From contig CAWBGA010000004.1 in NCBI GenBank assembly GCA_963788195.1, positions 1 through 64,000 of the forward strand: a DNA stretch of 64,000 nucleotides. Reading direction: 5' to 3'. The notes under the pieces were generated by a model. The model was not told where the DNA came from and did no database searches. It saw only the letters and a program-made list of their open reading frames with translations. This DNA comes from Nitrospirota bacterium. GTDB taxonomy: Bacteria; Nitrospirota; Nitrospiria; Nitrospirales; NS-4. Shown in pieces: positions 8,320 through 19,166 of this stretch (the stretch's first letter is position 1; every line of letters starts with the position of its first letter). Both the position numbers and the translations under genes were made by a program.

Positions 8320-10782
8320 ATGCGAACCCCCACTACCGAGCAGGAACTGTTAAAGGAGATCACCGATCTACGCCAACAGATCACCGAGATGGAGAGGGCC
8401 CATAGTGAGCGGGGTCACGCGGAATCTGCCTGGCGCGCAGCTAAAGAGGAGTGGGAACAGTCCTTCAACGCCCTCACCGACGACGTCTGTATCTTAGATA
8501 AGACCGGCAAAATTTTGCGAGCCAACAAGGCCATGCGGGACCGGTTCAAGACGCTACATGACGACTTGGTAGGACTCGACTATCGCGTTGTCTACTATGA
8601 GACCGTCACGCCCAGCGTCTGTCCGCCTTGGGAGGCGGTGCTGTCGGGCGCGCTTTCGGTCATGGTCGAAACATGGTTGCCCAAGCTCGAAGGGTGGTTT
8701 CTGGTTTCCTGCTATCCCCTTTACGATGAGGCTGGGAATCAGTGGGGTGCCGCCTCCGTCGTCAAAGACGTGACGGAGCGTAAACGTGTCGAAGAGGTTC
8801 TCCGAGATGTAGCGCAGTGGGCGCCAGCAGGTGGTAGCGGCGCATTTTTCCGCTCCTTGGTCACATACCTCGCGCGAGCCCTCGATGTGGAATACGCGTT
8901 CCTTGCTCAATTTGCTGGAGAGAAAAGCGACGTCCTTCAGACACTGGCGATATCGGCCCACCATGAGATCATTGAGAATGAGGCCTTTCCAGTCGCGCAA
9001 ACCGCATCCGGGAAGGCGGTGCAGGGGCAGCGCTGCTATTACCCGAGCGGTGTGCGGCAACAGTTTCCCAAAGATCCATTGTTGAGGAAGTGGCCGATTG
9101 ACAGCTTCATCGGAAGTCCCCTGTTTAACTCTCTAGGGCAGGCGGTCGGTATCATTGCGGCGATGGATAGCAAGCCCTTGCGAAACATCAGGCTGACGGC
9201 GTCGATTTTAGGCGTCTTTGCGGTCCGGGCATCGGCGGAGCTCGGGCGAAAACGCATGGAGGACGCCTTACGGGACAGCGAAGAGCGTTACCGCACGATC
9301 GCTGAGAGCACCTATGACCTCATCTGCGAAACCAGCATCACCGGCTGTTTTCTATATCTCAGCCCCAATTTTAAGGACGTCTTGGGGTATAACCCTGCCG
9401 ATTTGCTTGGACAGAGCATGTTTGACAGGATGCCTGCTGAAGATCGTCCCGCGGCAATGGTGGAATTTGAGAAGGGCATTCGGACTGAGCAGTCCGGCCA
9501 GGCCGTCTTCCGGTATCGCCATAGCAGCGGCGAATGGCGGTGGTTCGAAAGCACAGAAAAGGCCTTCAGTACCACGAACGGCGAAATCCGTGTGGTCGTT
9601 GTGGCCCGGGATATAACGGACCGAAAAAAGATGGAAGAAGAGCGGCTCCGGGCCAGCAAGTTGGAATCTATAGGGGTGTTGGCCGGCGGTATCGCGCATG
9701 ACTTTAACAATCTCCTCACGGCAGTAGTCGGACATCTTTCCCTCGCCAAGATAGCCGTCAATCCGAATGACGACCTCTTTCAACGTCTCGATGATGCCGA
9801 AAAAGCGTCCTTGCGCGCGCGCGGTCTTACGCAGCAGCTTCTCACGTTCGCGAAAGGCGGCGCGCCGGTGAAGAAGACGGCGTCGATTGGCGAATTCCTG
9901 AGGGACACGGCTGGGTTCGTCATACGTGGCAGTAATGTACGATGCGAGTTCGCCATTGCGCCGGATCTTCCGCCGGTGGATATTGACGAGGGACAGATGA
10001 GCCAGGTGGTGAATAACCTTGTCATTAATGCCCAGCAGGCGATGCCATCCGGCGGAGTCATTCGTATTCGCGGCGAAGTGGTGACGATCGGTGCCGAGCC
10101 GACAAGCGTCCGCCTGCCGCTTAAGGATGGCAAGTATGTTCGGATTCTTTTTGAGGATCAGGGGGTAGGAATCTCACCGGACCATCTTTCTAAGATCTTT
10201 GATCCCTATTTCACGACCAAGAAGAAAGGCAGCGGGCTAGGGCTAGCTACGTCTTATTCGATTATTACCAATCACCAAGGACACATCTCCGTTGTCTCCG
10301 AGGTGGGAATCGGCACTACGTTTGCCATCTATTTGCCTGTCTCGGCTCGGGAAATCGTAAAACCTGCGATGGCCATGGATCGGCCTAGGCCCGGCAAGGG
10401 CAATGTTCTTATCATGGATGATGAAGAGGCCATCCGGGGTGTGATGGTTCGGATCCTGACAATGTCGGGTTATCAAACGGAAACCGCCAAGGACGGGGCT
10501 GAAGCCGTCGCTCTCTACAAACAAGGGAAGGATTCAGGACATCCTTTCGACGCGGTCATCATGGATCTGACAATTCCTGGAGGGATAGACGGCAAGGAGG
10601 CTATTAAGAGTCTGCTTCGGATCGATCCACACGTCAAAGCAATCGTTTCGAGTGGGTATGCCAACGATCCGGTGATGGCTGACTATCGTGACTATGGCTT
10701 TCGCGGAGTGGTCGTGAAACCCTTCAAGATGGTTGAACTCACCGAAGTCCTCCACCAAGTCATTACGGATTCCAACTCCTAA
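8320..10782 (+). CDS. Soluble hybrid sensor histidine kinase (PAS-GAF-PAS-HisKA-HATPase-REC)
   Basis: Two PAS/PAC segments (KDVTERK, RDITDRK), GAF region, H-box GIAHDFNNLL, NLVINA, DQGVG, FDPYFTTK, GSGLGL, C-terminal REC; no TM helix seen. Confidence 0.95.
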   Translation: MRTPTTEQELLKEITDLRQQITEMERAHSERGHAESAWRAAKEEWEQSFNALTDDVCILDKTGKILRANKAMRDRFKTLHDDLVGLDYRVVYYETVTPSVCPPWEAVLSGALSVMVETWLPKLEGWFLVSCYPLYDEAGNQWGAASVVKDVTERKRVEEVLRDVAQWAPAGGSGAFFRSLVTYLARALDVEYAFLAQFAGEKSDVLQTLAISAHHEIIENEAFPVAQTASGKAVQGQRCYYPSGVRQQFPKDPLLRKWPIDSFIGSPLFNSLGQAVGIIAAMDSKPLRNIRLTASILGVFAVRASAELGRKRMEDALRDSEERYRTIAESTYDLICETSITGCFLYLSPNFKDVLGYNPADLLGQSMFDRMPAEDRPAAMVEFEKGIRTEQSGQAVFRYRHSSGEWRWFESTEKAFSTTNGEIRVVVVARDITDRKKMEEERLRASKLESIGVLAGGIAHDFNNLLTAVVGHLSLAKIAVNPNDDLFQRLDDAEKASLRARGLTQQLLTFAKGGAPVKKTASIGEFLRDTAGFVIRGSNVRCEFAIAPDLPPVDIDEGQMSQVVNNLVINAQQAMPSGGVIRIRGEVVTIGAEPTSVRLPLKDGKYVRILFEDQGVGISPDHLSKIFDPYFTTKKKGSGLGLATSYSIITNHQGHISVVSEVGIGTTFAIYLPVSAREIVKPAMAMDRPRPGKGNVLIMDDEEAIRGVMVRILTMSGYQTETAKDGAEAVALYKQGKDSGHPFDAVIMDLTIPGGIDGKEAIKSLLRIDPHVKAIVSSGYANDPVMADYRDYGFRGVVVKPFKMVELTEVLHQVITDSNS

Positions 10783-10807
10783 ACTCACCTGCCTGACTGT
10801 CATATCG

Positions 10808-10886
10808 TCCCCTTGGGGGAGAGGGTAGAGAGGGTTGGCGGGATATCATGCCCGACCGCTCATCCCTGTCCTCTCCCCCTCTGGGG
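10808..10886. repeat. Inverted repeat of GGGGAGAGG/CCTCTCCCC (REP-like) type
   Basis: GGGGGAGAGGGTAG (~10813-10828) pairs imperfectly with CTGTCCTCTCCCCC (~10866-10879), between convergent genes. Confidence 0.6.
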
Positions 10887-10892
10887 TCCATA

Positions 10893-11036
10893 GCACCCGC
10901 CATTACACCCGCCCACCTCCCGAGCTCGCCAAAACGAGCTCGTTCCTCCCGTGCCCCGGCGCTGCCATTGCACCCACCCAGCCCTGGACTCTGCCAGGAC
11001 AGAATCCTTTGCCCCTGGACAGCGCCTTATCCACGG
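10893..11036 (+). repeat. Cluster 2 of modular hairpin mini-elements
   Basis: CGAGCTCG-CCAAAA-CGAGCTCG; GGCGCTG-CC[insert]GA-CAGCGCC with inner GGACTCTG-CCAGGA-CAGAATCC. Confidence 0.85.
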
Positions 11037-11037
11037 T

Positions 11038-14000
11038 TTACAGGTCTCGCCACGAGAGCATCCGGCTCCACAAGGAGAGGGCCGGCTTGATACCCAGCTG
11101 GCTCAGAACTCCTGAGCTCGATTGAATGAAACCGGTCACTCGACCGATCGAACCGGAATTACTGGACGTTCCAGCAGCGCCTGTTCCCTGGGCGCCGATC
11201 TGGACAGACATCTGTGAAGGCAGTCCGTAATCTAGAGCAATCGAGCGATTGACGATGATATCCGTCGGTCCCGAAGGCGTCGTGCCGATGACAGAGTCCT
11301 TGTAGGCCGTACCTGTTTGGTAATATAGAGCATACAGATTGCCAAGGCCGTTCGCGGTGCATACATCATCGGTGGGTATGAAGCTCGTGATGAAGACAGT
11401 TCCCCCCAGGACTCTCGCGCCGCTAAGGCTACGCTCACCGCTGGTAGGTAGCGTGGTGAACCAGCCATCCTTGGTGGCTATGGCGCCGATAAGGGAGGTG
11501 CCGGTGCTGCCTTGAAACTGCGTGACGCCGGTGGCGCCGGTTACTTGATTTCCGGAACAGACACTGCACACCACCACGGATGAGACATTCAGCAGGTTGT
11601 TCCTCTCAATTGTCTGATCGGTGCAGCCCCCGGTCATAATACAGTCTTTGACGCCGAAGGCATGTTGCATGTCCTTGGTGGTCTTATCGGAGTTAGAGAA
11701 AAATCTCCCAGTCCCGAAATAGACCCACAGATCATTCGCATCATCCACCGCTACGGCGGGGGTTGACAGGACCGGTCCCACATAGCAAGGGGACGCGTTT
11801 GCACATGTCGTTGGCTGTGGGGTGCTATAGGCAAAGGTGCTGATCAATTTCGTCGGCGCGCCTGACAGCCCCCAGGTGGTGGGATCAGGGTTCCCGCCGT
11901 TTGTGGTGAGGCGAAACATGGCCCCGCGCCACTGGGGGTTTGTCCCAGTGCAGGGGCTTGGCGACCCGCCGGTGCATGTGATCGTGCCGGCGTACACTGT
12001 GTCCACACGGTAATCCAACTGGTAATCCAGGGTCATGGCATTGCCCATGGAGGACCCCGGCTGCGCAGTTGAAAAGACCCGGACGTCATTAGAAGAGTTC
12101 GCCGTATCGGCGACGATGCACGGAGAGGCCAGCGAGCAGGTAGTGCCCCCCACCGTGCCTGACGTTTGATTCACCGAGGTATATGACGGCCCCTGTTTCA
12201 GATCCACCACAAACATCTGTGCTGTCTGGCTGCTGCTGCCTTCCAGATGTGTCGGGCCGGTGCCGAACACCACGTACCATTTCTCGTTGGCACTTGAAAC
12301 CTTGGGATCGGCTGAGGGATTCACGCGCAGAACCGCTGGCGCAGTCGCCGTCAGGCCGAGGTCTTTGTCACTGAATGACCACAGCAGTACCGGATCCTTT
12401 TCGGGATTGGTGACGTCGAGAACGAAATAGGATGAGAGGAAGACCCGCGTATCACTGCCGCTTGTCTTATTGCCGGTATCTGTGGTGTTGCCGTTGTAGT
12501 TAAAATCGGCGTTCACCGTCCTCGGTCCGGATTTTCCCTGCGTGCAGTTTGTGCAGCTTCCGCCCAGCCGGAAGCCGCCGATCAGGATGGTCCCCCAGCC
12601 GCCTGGATGATCGGCATTGTTTGCAAAAATCCGGGCGTCCGTGATTTTCGGAGGCAGATCCACATAGTAAATGTGATCATAGGCTGGCATGGTCTGCCAA
12701 CGTAGCTGCGGCAGCAGCTCCTGAGGGATAAAGCCCCAGAGCTCGGCGCCGAGTTTAGGATTGTTGGTGCGATAGTTATATTGAGGGGCGCTGGCATCAC
12801 ATGGGAGCTGCGCGCAAGGTGTAGAAGTCCCTGTTTGCATGGGCACCGTCGTGAAGCGGGCCTTTTCCTGAACGCCAACCGTCGAGATATCGTCTCCGAT
12901 CGTGAAATAGCCGGCGTTAAATGCATGCAACATCCCGTCATTCGCGCCCGCGTAGGCGACATGGCGGCGATCCTTATACCGCTTGAAGAACGCGCTATAC
13001 CCCGGATCGCCGTACAGGACGTCGAATCGCTCTTTGGGAGCCGCGACAACGACAGGTGTCGAGTTGATAATGTCGCCGAGTTTCCACACCTTGGTGACGG
13101 ATGTGCCGGCATCGTCGTTAATGGTGAGCTGGCGATCGCGCAGCCCGCTCACCTGCATCCCGCGTACGAAATTGATGATGTTCGTCGCTTCGTTAAGAGC
13201 ATTTGTCTTGTTCGTCGCGTTCGAGCTGTTACAGTTTATCGCGAGCGCACCGCCCAGATAGGGACACAAGTACCCGACGCGACCAGGGGCGAATTCGTTG
13301 TATTCTTCGACAGAGGGACCGAGTCCACCTCCGTTGCTGATATCCATCCAGGTCAGGATGCGCCGGCAGGTCACGCCACCCATATTGGCCGGGCAGGTGA
13401 GGCCGGGATCGGTCAGGGCGAGGCGCCGGCCGGCTTCCCAGATCGGTTGGATGTCGCGCAACGCGGTCGGGAACGGCAAGGGGGTCGTGGAGTCCGCAAT
13501 GCCATCGCCGTCGTTGTCTTCATAGCGCTCGACGACGACGTCTCCTGTTCCAGTATCAACATGAAGCTTGATGATGCAGTCGTGCGAGAGGACGAGCTTG
13601 CCGTCCGGCGCCCCCGTACAGCCGGCTGCTGAGAAATCTTCGCGCAAGTTTCCGTACCAGTCGATGAAGAGGCCTTGTGTGTAGCCGGTCCATTTCACTT
13701 CTGTGGTGACGCCGCTTATGGTATTCAACCGGGTCGGAAAGAAATAGGCTTGATACATGGCGCCTTCCCCCGTGGCGGAGGAGGCGAGGACCGATGCCGA
13801 AGTTCCGGAAGACGATTTCTGCAACATGCTGGCCAGGGCGCTGAGGAGGTTGTCCTTGATGTCGTTGGCGCTCTTGGATTCAAAATAGGTGTCCGGGATT
13901 CCGTCCGGTGTCAGAAGTCCGCTGGAGTTATCCACTTTGTCCCATTCCGACTGAAGGTCGGGAAGAGTATTGGCGTTCGCGTCCTCAAAGCCTCCTTGCT

Positions 14001-15793
14001 TGGCAGCCTGCATCAAGAGCTCACGCCCGTTGATGTTCCCGAAGGCGAAGACAGGGTACACCGTGACATTCTGAAATCCCGGGAGGTCGTGTCCGGCCTC
14101 GGTGGTGCCGGTTCCCATGGGCACACTGGCTTGTCGTAAATCGGTCGTATGACCCCAATACGCAATATCATCCAGCGTGTGATTCACAGACCCGCCGGTA
14201 CCGGTATAATCTGTCTTGTGCTTAAGCATGAGGACGGCCGGAGCGATCGGATTGGTGCTCGTGAAACATCCGGAAGCGCCCAGATATTGCGCGGCGCTCG
14301 GGTTGGATGCAGGAGCGCCCGCGTAGGTGCCTGCGCAGTGCGGTCCATGAGCCGCGTGGGCCAAGTCTTGAAGCGCCGGCGGAATATTGCTGTCCTCATT
14401 CGCCTCGCCGTCCGTCAGAAACATTATGAAGGTCTTGCAACACGGCACCTGCTTGGAAGGGCTGCGCCCAACCCGGTGCCGGCTTATTGGCAAAGAAATA
14501 CGGGTCCCGCCCGCAGGCATTGGCTCTATACCATAAGAAGCTGGAAGGCAGGTCTCCCCTGCTGCCAACGTGACACTTTCTGCTGGACCTAACCCCCCGG
14601 CGGTCTGGCTGGCTTGGAAGGCCGGACCACAGTTCGCAAACGCGCACGGATAGAGGTAGCTCGCGCTCGTATAGGGCTGTGGCAACTGTGCGATATACCG
14701 GAGGCCGGTGTACAGGGTCTCGGCCAATGGTGTGCCAGTGGCCGGGAGGCTCTGCTCGACACCCGCGACCATCGCCGCTTTGTTGGAAGTATAAGTAGTG
14801 ACAGTTGTCGAGTCGTACGGGACGGCCTGGCTGGAGCCGATCGGCACAAGTACCTTGCCGCCGTCGGACGAGGATCGGAACTCGAGCAACCCGAACCGTG
14901 CCTTGTCTCCCAGTTGCTGCAGGACGCCGGTGGGCTCGGTAGCCACAGCGAGATGGAGGAGAAATGCGCCATTCGCCGGGGTGGTCGGAGTTGAGGCGAT
15001 CCCGCATGCCCCCGCGCCGGTGGTCGGTGGCGCGAGATTAGCTCCTGCCGACACAGAATCCGCCGCTCGGGAGTGTGCCCGTACCCCTCAGATGCAGGAC
15101 CAGCGACGCCGAGGACACGAGACCTTGGATCGCGGTCGGCACGCGGCCATCGGCGCCATTCGTTCCGTTTCCTTTGGGGACCGGCGCCGTCGTCTCGTTG
15201 GCGCAACAGGCGCCCAAGACCCCATCCTCCCCTTTGATCGTGATCTGTAAAGGGTTGCCGCTCGGTGGGCATGAGGCGTCGGCCAAGCGGGCAACTGCGC
15301 ATTGCGCGCCGATCAATGCTTGCTTGAGGGCGTCATGGCGCCGGAACGTCGCCCAATTAAGGAAATTGCCGTCCCAGTCCGCTGAGGCGCACAAGGTGTT
15401 GATCACAGCCTTCGTCGTCGTCTCCACAAATCGGTTGTTAGACCCGCTGTATTGATAGCACTTCGTTGTGTCAAAGAGGCCGGAAAACGTTACGGCCGCG
15501 ATAAATGGCGCGCCGGCCGCGGTGCCGACAGGATAGATTTCCGTAGACGTGGGACAGGCGGTATAGGGCATTGTGGCGTTCGGCGTGCCGTCGCAGACGG
15601 CCCGGTATCCCATGCTGCCCGAGTTATCCAGCATCATAAGAACATTGGGTGTGACGGCCGATGCCACGAAGGGCGGCACGCCCGCGTAGTCGACATTAGT
15701 GTTAGCCGCCTGAATCGAGGCGGTCCCAATGATCATCCCCAGCAACAGCAAAACGATCAACGACGGCAGTAGCAACAGGCTGATACGTTTCAT
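11038..15793 (-). CDS. pilY1: PilY1/PilC-like type IV pilus tip adhesin, frameshifted
   Basis: Signal peptide, PNVLMMLDNSGSM (vWA-like), TPLAETLY, KLGDIINSTP, GANDGMLHAFNAG, ELWGFIP, YFGTGRF. ORFs 15038..15841 and 11038..15054 join; a further compensating shift is likely near 14460-14540. Confidence 0.9.
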
Positions 15794-15837
15794 GCGAGAC
15801 TCCTTGCTGAACCTCGTTCGGAAAGTAGTCATTGGCG

Positions 15838-16177
15838 TCATTCGGGAAAGGTAACGATCAGCTGCACGATTTGATCATGGCCCAAAATCGGCGCGGTCCA
15901 ATACTGCACCCGATATTGGACATCGTTGCACTGTAGATCCTGGATCGATAACGGCGTGCCGAATCTGTCTTCTACCAGGGCGATCGGCGCGAGGCTGTAC
16001 TCGGTGCGATCGATGAACAGCATGGTTCCCTGAGCCCTCGTTAGAATACCGGCCCTGGCGCCCGGCAATGTTGGATTAATGGCTGTCGCCGGCATAGGCG
16101 CGGAATCCTTGTGCGTACGAAGGCAATGTCGGCGTGGACAAGAGCAGCACGATTAGTCCCGGAAGAACGAATCTCAT
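15838..16177 (-). CDS. Small exported beta-rich protein (possibly PilY2-like), frameshifted
   Basis: Signal peptide MRFVLPGLIVLLLSTPTLPSYA joined to ..GILTRAQGTMLFIDRTEYSLAPIALVEDRFG..; directly upstream of pilY1. Confidence 0.6.
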
Positions 16178-16381
16178 GGTTACACCTAGGGAGAGTCGTG
16201 GATAGTGGCTTATCACCATAATAGCACCACATTCGTGAGTCTTCGTAGATATATCTGAGGTCATGGCATCCTCCCCGTGACAGACGAGTATTCGTTTCAC
16301 TGTCCTATCGGTTGCCAGAGCTGGGGAGTCAACGTGGGACTAGGCGGGGCGGCGTACGATAAAGATGTAAGGGCAATTACT

Positions 16382-17147
16382 CTAATTGGCTTCGCGCTGG
16401 ATTCGAGGGCGATCGGCGAGAATCCACTGCCGGTCTTCATCAACGATAAGGCAGCCGGTGTGGCGAAAAGCGGAGATCGTCTGGGTGACTGTCTCTCTGG
16501 TGAGGCCGGTCAGATCGGCCATGTTTTGATGGGTGAGCCGCATCTTGATGCGGGTTCCAGCCGCGTGAACTGCTCCATGCTGATCTGCCAGCGAGAGCAG
16601 AACCCGGGCCACGCGTTGATAGGGAGTGCCGAACTGCACCCGCTTCATCTGGTCCAGGACATGATACAGCCGGCGGTGGGCAATCGTGAGCATGTCCAGG
16701 GCCAGTGTCTTGTGCGATTGAAGAATCTCGAGAAATGGTTGCCGGGGGAGCAAAAGGGCCCGGCATGGCTGCAAGGCAATAATCGTCGTCGGCTGGTAAT
16801 GACCGTCGAGGAGCGCAAGTTCTCCGAACCATTGGCCAGGCTCGAGCAGCATAATGCCGATTTCTTTTCCTTCAGCATTTGTTAGCCCCATCTGGACGAC
16901 GCCTTCGAGCAAAAAGAACAGAATATTGACCTGGTCATCCGGCCGACAGACGTATTCCCGTTTTTTGTAGGAGCGAAAGTAAGACGCTCGGGCAAGCGTG
17001 GTCAGGTTCTCTTCGGCAAGTCCATGAAAGAGGGGAATCGCACTGAGGGTTTCAAGGATGGATGCCGCTTTGGCCGGCTTCGGCGGCCCGACTCCCGTCC
17101 CTAAACTGGGAGTCTTCTGCTAACGCGTGTAAGGGGCCGGATTCCAT
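16382..17147 (-). CDS. Crp/Fnr family transcriptional regulator
   Basis: Frame extends upstream of 16912 (LSAIPLFHGL..YKKREYVC); WFGELALLDG (cNMP-binding fold); HTH LTHQNMADLTGLTRETVT. Start at ATG 17147 needs one indel. Confidence 0.88.
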
Positions 17148-17285
17148 GGTTCTCTATCGGTAGAAAAGGCAAGCTTCGTGAGGGTCTTGCGGAACCTCCC
17201 GCAGGGGCGCCTCGTTCAAAGAAGCGGTCCGCCGCGGTTTTCGTGCATTTTTGCGGGTCTATGGCGATGAGAAGCTAGCTTAGCG

Positions 17286-17757
17286 TCAGCGTGCGACGGC
17301 CCGGGCTTCCTTCAACTTCGTATCGACAAGATCTTGACCCCAACCGACTAATTTTCCGTTCTCAAGCAATATGGGGGTCAGCTGATCATCGCGGAGGTCG
17401 GAATCATGTCTCTTCAGTTCCTGGTAGTAGTATCGGAGATCACGTTCTTCATCGTCTGTATAGTAGTACAACACCTCGTACCGTTTGCCATCGACCTTGA
17501 GGTCAGACCGGCGATGCGGATTCTCAATCGTCTCGAACTCAAGGCAAATCCCTCCAGAGGAATGCACGCATCGGGAGACAGCATTCGTGCCCATCGTGGC
17601 GAAAACAACATCTTTTGTCATTCCCGGTTGGAGCATTCTTTAGACGATCCTGATTGGCCTTACGAAACGTCTCGGTATTTTCACGGCTGAGAGTTGCGCA
17701 ACCAGGCAATGTCAACACGCCGATGAGAACAAGACTCGATAGCGAGAAGTATTTCAT
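17286..17757 (-). CDS. DUF3192-like lipoprotein, frameshifted
   Basis: Lipobox LPGC; LQPGMTKDVVFATMG, YEVLYYYT, LTPILLENGKLVGWG. Confidence 0.75.
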
Positions 17758-17788
17758 GCGTCAATCAGAGGGACTGTCTAAGTCTCGA

Positions 17789-17983
17789 TCAGGCGACATC
17801 TCGGTTCTGAGGCTGTTGATTCCTCTTGCGCCGAGAAATAATGATGTGGTTGCCGCCCGTCATATAGCGAGTCAGTTCGACCGGAAACCAGCCTTCAAGA
17901 TACTTTTTCCCGTCGCAGAAACGACATGGCTTGCCAGGGTGAGCCTCAGGGCAGGGGCAGGGCCATCGGATCAGGATGTCCAT
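17789..17983 (-). CDS. Small Cys-rich protein (64 aa), putative metal-binding
   Basis: MDILIRWPCPCPEAHPGKPCRFCDGKKYLEGW..; extended -10 TGATATAAT 7 nt before the ATG. Confidence 0.55.
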   Translation of the reverse strand: MDILIRWPCPCPEAHPGKPCRFCDGKKYLEGWFPVELTRYMTGGNHIIISRRKRNQQPQNRDVA

Positions 17984-18171
17984 GAAATCAATTATATCAT
18001 AAAACCTTAAGGAGACGCCAACGAAGTATGCGCTTCCGGTCGTAATGTCCAAAGAATTCTATGAGCCTTTTCGTGCCCAAGCTGAAACGTGCCACGGCCT
18101 CAGTTTCTGGGGCGACAGAGAGCTTTAGAGGGGGCGGTTTTATGCCGGTAAGCTACTGCTGGGGAGGGGTT

Positions 18172-18784
18172 ATGCTTGGGAAAACATGGTTCATTGTCGC
18201 TGCGCTCCTGCTGAGCGCGACAACAGGGAGTGCGGAGTCACAACCGCAACTGACGCCCCTCGATGGGAGGCAAAAAGCTGCCATTATTGTGGCTGAAGCT
18301 ATGAAGAACGCCTCGCTGCAAGCCGTGTTGGCGCAGCATGTTCATCCAAAGGCCAGCATTCTAACGTTAGAAATGCTGGATCCGGCAAGCCAAGAGGAAT
18401 TTCTCAGCACAGGTGCTGATGGATCTCCAGGTCTCCTCACCGCAGATTTTAATGGAGACGGTCATCCCGATTACGCGGCCCTGCTCAGCTTTCCACAGAA
18501 AAAGAGCGTGGGCGAGTGGCTGGTGGTTTTATATAGGCAAACCCGGCAGGGGTTTTCAGCTTAGGCTTCTCGAAAAATATGACGGATTTCATGAGGACCT
18601 ATATATTACAATGCAGCCCCCGCGCGAAATAAAGCCGTCCAAGTCCGGCCGGAAAGCTAAATTCACTATGCCCGGGATTGCGAGAATCCATCCTGAAAGA
18701 CCGCTCACGTTATTTTACTGGGACAAAGGACGCTTTCAACGTCTGAAAGTGTCCGAGCTCCAGACCGTCGCCTCCAACCGCTAG
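18172..18784 (+). CDS. Exported hypothetical protein with an FG-GAP-like Ca-binding loop, frameshifted
   Basis: Signal peptide MLGKTWFIVAALLLSATTGSA; ADFNGDGHPDYAAL; continues in ORF 18413..18784. Confidence 0.65.
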
Positions 18785-19026
18785 TCGTCTCACTGATACA
18801 AATCTGCCACAGCAGCATTCGCCCGCCGGTAGGGCCGTCCTATGAATGCGCTCCTGACGCTCTGACGGATACAGCGCTCCACTACCACTGACAACCTTCT
18901 TTTATGCGAGAGTTTCATGCAGACGACATTGCGGGCAGGAGATCTGTCGGGAGATCCACTCGCATCTGACGTGCTTAGGAAGCCCCGTGGCCCGCTTGCT
19001 TGGAATATCTCACCTAGTAGAGTGAG

Positions 19027-19153
19027 CCCAGGGGAAAAGAAATCTGTCTTGGCAGATTTCAGGGTGGGTGGGTGCAAGGGAGAAAGGAGTTTGTCCACGG
19101 GCCAAGGACGCGTCTGGCGCGCCGGGGGTGGGCGGGTGAGATGGCGGGTGCAA
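19027..19153 (-). repeat. Cluster 3 of modular hairpin mini-elements
   Basis: Minus strand: GGCGCG-CCAGA-CGCGTCC and GAAATCTG-CCAAGA-CAGATTTC, each after a CACCCRCCCACCC leader. Confidence 0.85.
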
Positions 19154-19166
19154 TAGGAGCGTCATC

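Noticed and set aside
7997..8405. ORFs over repeat clusters (7997..8320, 8028..8384, 10835..11125, 18790..19098, 20296..20706)
   Set aside because: They are translations of the hairpin repeats (HPPTLESA..) with no protein-family signal.
12781..14994. Long plus-strand ORFs opposite pilY1 and similar antisense ORFs elsewhere
   Set aside because: Shadow ORFs from GC-rich codon bias of well-supported genes on the other strand.
18078..18092. sigma54 promoter (TGGCACG...GC, minus strand)
   Set aside because: GG-to-GC spacing is one base short of the strict -24/-12 requirement.
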